Shown: positions 57,471-64,000 of the stretch, one piece after another | Numbering within the stretch: position 1 is the first letter of the stretch | How the letters are laid out: each line of letters starts with the position of its first letter | Source of the DNA: Candidatus Latescibacterota bacterium | GTDB lineage: Bacteria; Latescibacterota; UBA2968 | Direction of reading: 5' to 3' | Assembly (NCBI GenBank): GCA_965207885.1 | Contig: OZ242311.1 | Coordinates: 5,632,001-5,696,000 of the forward strand | Length of the DNA stretch: 64,000 bases | Program-made: the position numbers and the translations under genes | Notes under the pieces: model-generated | Databases searched by the model: none | Seen by the model: the letters and a program-made list of their open reading frames with translations, nothing else | What the model was told of the DNA's origin: nothing

Positions 57471-59231
57471 ATGTACAAAAGAACCTTCATCCACGTTATA
57501 ACTATCTTCCTGGTGTTTTCCGCGGTCCACGCCAAAGACGACATTCTGCAACGCGCCCTGCGCGACGAACTGGCGCGCTCGATACAGCAACTCCAGCTAG
57601 AAGACCTGGAGCGCCCCTACTTTATTTCCTATCGCGTGCGCGAAGTGAAATCTAAAAGCAGTTCAGCGACCTTCGGCAGTCTGCTCAGCAGCGGCGAGGG
57701 ACACTCGCGCGAACTCAGTGTTGAAGTGCGGGTCGGAGACTATGCCCTCGACAACACCAACTTCCGCTCGTTCTCCTTCGGCCGTACGGGAGTAGTGTAC
57801 ATGTACGGGGGCAGTGTGCAATTGCCCCTTGAGGACAACTACAACGAGTTGCGGCGACAAATCTGGCTGGCCACTGACGCTGCCTACAAGAAGGCGCTCG
57901 AAGACCTGGCCAGGAAGCGCGCCACCTTGCAAAACAAAACCCGCACCGAAGAAATTCCCGATTTCAGCAGGGAAGAGCCAGCCATCAAAGTACACAAAAT
58001 GGCACCCGCCATTCTTGATCTCGACGCGATGGAACAGCGAGCGCGCCAGCTCTCGGACCTGTTCCGCGAGATGTCTGACATCTACACTTCAAGGGTCCGT
58101 TTCAACGGGTCCAACACCTCGATCTACTACCTCAACAGCGAAGGATCTTCCTTTTCTCGCACGAGTTCGTCACTATCTTTCACCGCGGTCGCCGCCACCC
58201 AGGCTCCAGACGGAATGCCGCTACAGGACTTCGTCGCTGTGTACGCCCGTTCACCGGAAAATCTTCCCGGTGACGACGAGTTGGCCGCGAAGATCAATAC
58301 CATGGGCGAGCGTCTGAAGCAGCTACGCCAGGCACCGCGGGTCGAGCGCTTTACCGGACCCGTGATATTCACGAGCCAGGCGACCACAGAGTTGTTCAAC
58401 CAGGGATTTGTGCCCTACATGCTATCGACGCGCCGGACACTGTCCGACAATCCGGATTACGAGAGTTTCTACCCCCAGAAAAAGGAAAATCCTTTCCTGG
58501 ACAAGATTGGCGTACGCGTCCTGCCCGAATTCCTCAGCGTGCGCGCTGAACCGCTCATGGACGCCTATAAAAAGCAACCCTTGTTCGGCGGCTACAGAGT
58601 TGACGACGAAGGCGTGCCAGCGCGTCCAGTCCACCTGGTGCGGGAAGGCGTATTGGAGACCTTGCTGACGACGCGCACACCTGTGCGCGGCATTGACCAG
58701 AGCACGGGCAGTCGCCGAGGTCCGGGCGTCGCCCCCAGCAATATCCTGGTCGAGGCGGAGAAGGGCTTGAGCGAAAAGCAGATCCGTGAGGAATTTTTCA
58801 AACTAATCAAAAGGCAAAAAAAACAGTACGGCTACATCGTCACCCACATCGCCAACCCTTCGTACAATGTTTCTGAATCTCCGGTTATCTACTATTCCTC
58901 TCGTTCCTCTGACGACGAGAACAAGTTGAAAAACGCGATCTTCGTCTATAAAGTCTATCTCGACGGCCGCGAGGAACTCGTGCGCAACGCGGAATTTTCG
59001 GGCATCGGCCTCTATACCTTCAAGGACATTGTGAAGGTGTCTAAGACACACGCGGTCAACACCGTTCCCTTTCGCTCGCAGGACAACTCCTCTCCCTTCG
59101 GACGGGGTGAGTCAGTCCTCGTAAGCATCGTCACTCCTCGCATGGTCCTGTTCGAGGACATCACGATCAAGCCGCCGAGCGGCGAGATTCCCAGAGCACC
59201 CGTGTCCCTACATCCCTTCTTCGACAAGTGA
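57471..59231 (+). CDS. TldD/PmbA family protein (TldE/PmbA-like, non-catalytic) with signal peptide
   Basis: Paralog of the previous gene (RVGDY..DNT, VDDEGV, DGREELVR) lacking HExxxH. Signal peptide ending VHA. Confidence 0.8.
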   Translation: MYKRTFIHVITIFLVFSAVHAKDDILQRALRDELARSIQQLQLEDLERPYFISYRVREVKSKSSSATFGSLLSSGEGHSRELSVEVRVGDYALDNTNFRSFSFGRTGVVYMYGGSVQLPLEDNYNELRRQIWLATDAAYKKALEDLARKRATLQNKTRTEEIPDFSREEPAIKVHKMAPAILDLDAMEQRARQLSDLFREMSDIYTSRVRFNGSNTSIYYLNSEGSSFSRTSSSLSFTAVAATQAPDGMPLQDFVAVYARSPENLPGDDELAAKINTMGERLKQLRQAPRVERFTGPVIFTSQATTELFNQGFVPYMLSTRRTLSDNPDYESFYPQKKENPFLDKIGVRVLPEFLSVRAEPLMDAYKKQPLFGGYRVDDEGVPARPVHLVREGVLETLLTTRTPVRGIDQSTGSRRGPGVAPSNILVEAEKGLSEKQIREEFFKLIKRQKKQYGYIVTHIANPSYNVSESPVIYYSSRSSDDENKLKNAIFVYKVYLDGREELVRNAEFSGIGLYTFKDIVKVSKTHAVNTVPFRSQDNSSPFGRGESVLVSIVTPRMVLFEDITIKPPSGEIPRAPVSLHPFFDK

Positions 59232-59336
59232 GGGTCGTGCCGCTGAGAATAAGCACAGAATATGCGTGACAGTTTGTGTTGCTTCGTGTATCATGAGGGT
59301 CAAAGCGTCCTCTCTCACAACTTTCAGCAAAAAATC

Positions 59337-60206
59337 ATGACCCAAACCATCTCTATAGGCGACCTGGACTTCCAGTCCAAAGACATCGACCTACAACAAG
59401 CAGCCGAGACATTCAAAACCCATGGTGCGATAGTCGTGCGGGGATTGCTCCGAGAATACATCGACGCGCTTCACCGCGACATCGAAGCCACAGCAAGGCA
59501 ATCCCTCGCCCTGCTCGATCAAGCCAGCGCAATACCCGAAGGATGGCGCACGCCCAACAACACCCTCTTTATACCCGCGCCTGAAAATTACGAACGCGAC
59601 CGACAAATTATGGTCCTGGGCATCAACTACCACACCAGCGCCACCTTCTTTCGCTCGGCATTTCACCCGCCCACCCTCGACATAGTCGAAGCCATACTCG
59701 GCCCCAACATCGAACTCTACGGCAACGGCCAATGCCTGTACAAAGAACCCGTCGGAGGCCACCCCAAACACCTGCACCAGGACTCGGCGTATTTTGAACA
59801 CCGGTACGAAGGACCCGTTGGCATCCTCACCTACGTCGTCCCCACCGACCTCAAAAACGGCGCCCTCCACGTCGTCCCCGGCTCTCACAAACTGGGACAA
59901 CTCGACCACATCGACACCTTCTCGCACCTGGGACTCGCAGACCGCGAATGGCCCTGGGAGCGCGCCCTCCCAATACCCGGTCAACCCGGCGACGCCATCT
60001 TCTTCCACGTCAAAACCGTTCACGGCTCCAAACAGAACCACTCGGACAAACCCCGCCCCGTCTTCATACACCGCTATCGCAGAGCCGATGACTACGTCGT
60101 CATACGCGGCACCACCACAAAAAACCGCGCAGAATCGGCAAAACGCGCGGCAGAGGCAAAAAAAGAAAATGGATTCATGGTGCGCGGTTTCCGCCCATAT
60201 AATTAA
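59337..60206 (+). CDS. Phytanoyl-CoA dioxygenase (PhyH) family Fe(II)/2OG oxygenase
   Basis: HQD, NGALHVVPGSH and GDAIFFH..TVHGS..N.S..PR. Start moved to MTQTIS. Confidence 0.9.
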   Translation: MTQTISIGDLDFQSKDIDLQQAAETFKTHGAIVVRGLLREYIDALHRDIEATARQSLALLDQASAIPEGWRTPNNTLFIPAPENYERDRQIMVLGINYHTSATFFRSAFHPPTLDIVEAILGPNIELYGNGQCLYKEPVGGHPKHLHQDSAYFEHRYEGPVGILTYVVPTDLKNGALHVVPGSHKLGQLDHIDTFSHLGLADREWPWERALPIPGQPGDAIFFHVKTVHGSKQNHSDKPRPVFIHRYRRADDYVVIRGTTTKNRAESAKRAAEAKKENGFMVRGFRPYN

Positions 60207-60346
60207 CTAATGTTACGCAGTCGTACAAAAATTGGTTGTATGTACAAAAAAATGTATGCTCAAACTAATTTAGAAGTCAAAATAATAGCTGAGTACCAGG
60301 GTTCTGCCAGATAAATCCCGCTGAACCAAATGTACCAGAAACATAC

Positions 60347-62308
60347 ATGATGAGATTTGCTGAAGAAATACTACTACTCCTCCACGACGAAGACCGGGGC
60401 GATTTCGCACCCGGTCTTGCACAGCACTCGTTGAATATCGCTCTCGCCGGTGCCGTGTTGATGGATTTGGCCCTGGAAAACCGCATCGATACCGATATCG
60501 AGCATCTCTTTTTAGTTGATGCCACGCCTCTCGAAGACGACCTGCTCGACCCCACCCTTGCCGACATCGCGCGGGATACGGACACACGAGACGCCAGCTA
60601 TTGGGTCGCACAAACGGTCAAACGGGGCGACGAAATCCGTGACAAGGCACTTGCACGGTTAGTCAACCGGGGCATATTGGAAGCCGAGTCCGAAGATATC
60701 TTCCTCCTTTCGCACCTGGTATCGCGCTCCCGCCGCTATCCAACCATTGATGGAAAAACATTAGAAGAAGTCCGGTTGCGCATTATGCGCGTACTGTTCA
60801 CCGATGAAATTCCGGACCCGCGCGACATTGTTATTATCTGTCTGGCAGATGCCTGCGGCGTTTTCAAGAATATTCTGTCCCAGTCGGAACTATCGGAGGT
60901 ACAAGAACGGATCGAACTGATTCGAAAAATGGACCTGATCGGGCAATCGGTCACCAGAGAGATCCGTGAGCATGAGCCTCCTATCCCTGCCCCACGCAAA
61001 GAAATACCCCAAGCACCGGGGTTGCCGCTTATTGGCAACACCATCGGCATGACGCGCGATTTGCGCTCGCTTCTCGTCAAACAATACCGAAACTTAGGTC
61101 CGATTTTTCGCATCAAGGCATTCAATCGCCGCTTCATCGCCCTCGTAGGTCCCGAGGCGAATACCTTCGTAAAGCGAGGGAGTAAGTACTTTCGCACGCT
61201 TGAAAACTGGGTGGATTACAACAAAGCTGGGGGAGTCGGACGCAACATAATCAGCATGGATGGCCCCGAACATATTCGCCTGCGCAAAGAACTGGCGGAT
61301 GTGTACACCCACCGCCTCATTGAAGGCCGCGTGGCAGACGTTGTCCGCGTTCTTCAACAAGACATCGCCGGATGGCCCCAGGACAAGCCGCTGCCGGGCT
61401 TATACACCTGGCAGCGCATCGTCTTAGATCAGATCGGTGTGCTGGCCCTCAGCATGCCTGTACACGACTACTTAGACGACATTATGGTTTATTTTCACAG
61501 CAAGATGAAAACGTATATCATGCGGCAGCAACCCAGGCTGATGCTATATCGACCACGCGTCCGGCGTGCCTTCAAGCGGATGGAAGAACTGACTCAGCGC
61601 ATTCTGGCAGATCACGAACCAGAAAAACGCCGCAACAAGCCACTGGATGCTATTGACCTTTTGCTGGAACTGCACCGCAGGGATCCGCAATTTCTTCCCG
61701 AGACCGATTTAGACATGCTGGGTCCTCTCACGGCCGGTCTCGATACCGTGGCAAATACCTGTGCCTTCATGTTATATGAACTGTTGAAGCGACCCGATCT
61801 GCGCGAGCAGGTAATTGCTGAAGCAGACGCCCTCTTTGACCAGGGTATGCCTGAGGTGAGCGATCTGCGTCAACTCGACGTCCTGCACCGCACGGCACTG
61901 GAAACCTTGCGCCTCTATCCCCTTGCACCGGTAATGTCATTGCGCACGGTAGCCAACTCATTTGAATTTGAGGGCTATAAGGTCCCTGCTGGCGAGACCC
62001 TTCTTATTGGATTCACAGTACCGCACCTGATGTCAGAATATTTCCCCAATCCGGAGCACTTCGATATCGACCGCTACACCGCAGAACGCGCTGAGCACCG
62101 ACAGCACGGGGTCTATGCGCCCTTCGGCTTAGGAGCGCATCGGTGCCTGGGTAGCAATCTCGCCGAAGCGCTCATTGCGCTCAACATAGCGGCCATCCTC
62201 CACGAGACCGAATTGGTTCTCGATCCGCCCAATTGCGAATTAAAGACCAAACAGACCTATTCCCTTCTACCCTACTTCAAGTTCCGCCTGGTGCGTCGGC
62301 ACCGATAG
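60347..62308 (+). CDS. Cytochrome P450 with an N-terminal GPP34/GOLPH3 domain
   Basis: The first ~200 aa carry FAEEILLLL, ALAGAVLMDLALENRI, LARLVNRGIL and SRRYP (GPP34 pattern). The P450 part has AGLDT, ETLR and PFGLGAHRCLG. Confidence 0.88.
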   Translation: MMRFAEEILLLLHDEDRGDFAPGLAQHSLNIALAGAVLMDLALENRIDTDIEHLFLVDATPLEDDLLDPTLADIARDTDTRDASYWVAQTVKRGDEIRDKALARLVNRGILEAESEDIFLLSHLVSRSRRYPTIDGKTLEEVRLRIMRVLFTDEIPDPRDIVIICLADACGVFKNILSQSELSEVQERIELIRKMDLIGQSVTREIREHEPPIPAPRKEIPQAPGLPLIGNTIGMTRDLRSLLVKQYRNLGPIFRIKAFNRRFIALVGPEANTFVKRGSKYFRTLENWVDYNKAGGVGRNIISMDGPEHIRLRKELADVYTHRLIEGRVADVVRVLQQDIAGWPQDKPLPGLYTWQRIVLDQIGVLALSMPVHDYLDDIMVYFHSKMKTYIMRQQPRLMLYRPRVRRAFKRMEELTQRILADHEPEKRRNKPLDAIDLLLELHRRDPQFLPETDLDMLGPLTAGLDTVANTCAFMLYELLKRPDLREQVIAEADALFDQGMPEVSDLRQLDVLHRTALETLRLYPLAPVMSLRTVANSFEFEGYKVPAGETLLIGFTVPHLMSEYFPNPEHFDIDRYTAERAEHRQHGVYAPFGLGAHRCLGSNLAEALIALNIAAILHETELVLDPPNCELKTKQTYSLLPYFKFRLVRRHR

Positions 62309-62325
62309 CAAAATGGAGCGTCAAA

Positions 62326-63456
62326 ATACCTGCTAAGAAGCCACAGTCCAGGAATGCAGATCACCCCAACACGACCGCACCGCTGCGCGTTTGGGCGAGG
62401 CTCCTCTGGGGTCAGGACGGGGTGAAGATTGCGCCCCAGCACCGGGGACGAGTGAGGCAAATTCTCCTTGGCTCGGCCCTGATGGTGCCGCTACGCTTGA
62501 TCGAAAAGATGCGCTACGGGCGCGCCGTGGCTCGGACGAAGATCGCGCATCCACCGATCTTTATCATCGGCCATGCCCGCACGGGCACGACGCACTTGCA
62601 CTATCTCCTGACGCGCGATCCTCAGTTCGCAATCGTCTCGCTGTTCCAATCCATCGCCCCGACATTCTTTCTGATCGGTCGCGGTTGGATCAAGCGTTTC
62701 ATGGCCAAGCAACTCGATCCAAAACGTCCGCAGGATGATGTCAAATTGGCGATGGACATGCCAAACGAGGAAGAATTCGCGATTGCCAATTCCTCTGACC
62801 TATCCATCGTTCACTTCCTTACATTCCCATCCAGGGCGACGGAATACTTTGAAAAATATGTCTTCATGAAGGGGCTGACCGATCGGCAACTGGCGCGCTG
62901 GGATACCGTCATCACGGACATCATTAAAAAAGCCACACTTGCGGGCGGTGGAAAACAGTTGGTACTCAAAAGCCCCTCCAACACCGGCCGAATCCCCCAC
63001 CTCCTGCGCCTTTTCCCCAATGCCAGGTTCGTTCATATCGCAAGAAATCCATGCGATGTCTATTACTCGACAAACCATACATTCAAAAAACTGTTCGAGA
63101 TATTCCCGCTGGAGGAGCATCCGGGCGATTTCTCGGATTTCGTCATCACCGAGTACAAGGCTCTAATGGAACAATACCTGAAAGACAGAGCTTTGATCCC
63201 AGAAGGCAATCTGGCGGAAGTGAAGTACGAGGACCTCATATCCGATCCGTTGGGCGAACTGGAACGCATCTACGCGACACTCGGATTGTCTGGTTGGGAA
63301 AGCGGAGGAAAGCAGGCGGTCGTCGAGTATCTGGGCACACTCTCGGACTACCAAAAAAATACATTCGAGCCGGACCCTGACGCTATGGAGCGCATCTCAC
63401 AAGCCTGGCGGTTTGCTTTCGAAGAATGGAATTATGAACTACCAATAAAGCTATAG
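62326..63456 (+). CDS. PAPS-dependent sulfotransferase, Stf3-like (Sulfotransfer_3)
   Basis: PPIFIIGHARTGTTHLH, PNEEEF, LVLKSP..TGRI, FPNARFVHIARNP and VKYEDL. The start is uncertain (ATA at 62326 behind GGAG). Confidence 0.88.
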   Translation: MPAKKPQSRNADHPNTTAPLRVWARLLWGQDGVKIAPQHRGRVRQILLGSALMVPLRLIEKMRYGRAVARTKIAHPPIFIIGHARTGTTHLHYLLTRDPQFAIVSLFQSIAPTFFLIGRGWIKRFMAKQLDPKRPQDDVKLAMDMPNEEEFAIANSSDLSIVHFLTFPSRATEYFEKYVFMKGLTDRQLARWDTVITDIIKKATLAGGGKQLVLKSPSNTGRIPHLLRLFPNARFVHIARNPCDVYYSTNHTFKKLFEIFPLEEHPGDFSDFVITEYKALMEQYLKDRALIPEGNLAEVKYEDLISDPLGELERIYATLGLSGWESGGKQAVVEYLGTLSDYQKNTFEPDPDAMERISQAWRFAFEEWNYELPIKL

Positions 63457-63481
63457 ACCGACCTCAATCTATGTGCCAGTT

Positions 63482-64000
63482 TTAGATGAAATCCCTCGCA
63501 TTAGCCTCCACCATCACCTCAACCGCTGCCAGATGCGCCGCCACGCGCACATCCATCGGCTGTGCTGTCGGGCTTTCTGACGTCACCAGATGCCCTGTAT
63601 GGCCTCTCTGATACAAAGCGATCGGTATGCCCTCCCCGTACTTCCGCCTCGACACCTCCATATTGGGATGAATCACCCCATTGACCGCAACCTCGTCCTC
63701 AATCTCGGACTGTTTGTTAATCGGACACACCTGTGCCACCCGCGCCACCATCTCTCGCCCCAGAGATCCCCGGTCTCCAAACATCTCGTACAAATAAAAA
63801 CCCGGACTCTCCCAATCCTCGTGCAAATCGATCACACCTGCAAAAACCCGTCCTTCCACAAACCCCTTCAAAATCTCAATCTCGGGCACATCATCGCGCA
63901 AAAACGCCCAATTCACATCCACCTCCTGTGCATTGAGCCGCGCATTGTGAACATAGCTCCACGGGCACAAACACGGAATAACCTCAAAACGCACCCGATC
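63482..64000 (-). CDS. M14 family metallocarboxypeptidase / succinylglutamate-desuccinylase-like, 5' part outside the window
   Basis: PCLCPW, R.N...DVN, IDLHED and TSESP. Confidence 0.75.
   Translation of the reverse strand, partial: DRVRFEVIPCLCPWSYVHNARLNAQEVDVNWAFLRDDVPEIEILKGFVEGRVFAGVIDLHEDWESPGFYLYEMFGDRGSLGREMVARVAQVCPINKQSEIEDEVAVNGVIHPNMEVSRRKYGEGIPIALYQRGHTGHLVTSESPTAQPMDVRVAAHLAAVEVMVEANARDFI

Overview
A 64-kb stretch of bacterial chromosome of moderate GC with no rRNA, tRNA or CRISPR array that I can see. The gene content (four sulfatases, a PhyH dioxygenase, a dockerin/EF-hand secreted protein, Sel1 repeats, an Rpn nuclease, FtsX/MacB-type permeases) resembles host-associated lineages such as sponge-associated Latescibacterota/Gemmatimonadota. 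That taxonomic placement is inference only. All family assignments come from motifs and recall, not database searches. Main modules, left to right: a partial sulfatase; a DUF5686-type outer-membrane protein; an Rpn nuclease with an internal in-frame start plus a DUF433 gene; a YtrA(GntR)-controlled ABC operon with three paralogous permeases, bracketed by two secreted S41 peptidases; an intact IS4-family element with a 9-bp target duplication just upstream of a Hen1-Pnkp RNA-repair pair; a sulfatase/aldolase pair; a 428-bp non-coding IS200/IS605 (TnpB-type) derivative inserted at a duplicated promoter/small-RNA unit; a stand-alone TIR gene; a type IIG restriction-modification gene broken by a single in-frame TAG; gdhA, a DksA/TraR protein and PolX; a sugar-catabolic cluster; two sigma54-driven ABC permeases; two sulfatases; an RND pump; a FIST protein divergent from a CBS + 2-oxoacid:ferredoxin oxidoreductase operon whose beta subunit carries a CBS pair; a methyltransferase flanked by a duplicated gene start; a secreted TldD/TldE pair; and PhyH, a GPP34-P450 fusion and an Stf3-like sulfotransferase. 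The best candidates for something new are the GPP34-P450/sulfotransferase operon, the orphan TnpB-type omegaRNA element with its paralogous small-RNA unit, the S41-flanked YtrA operon and the CBS-fused oxidoreductase.
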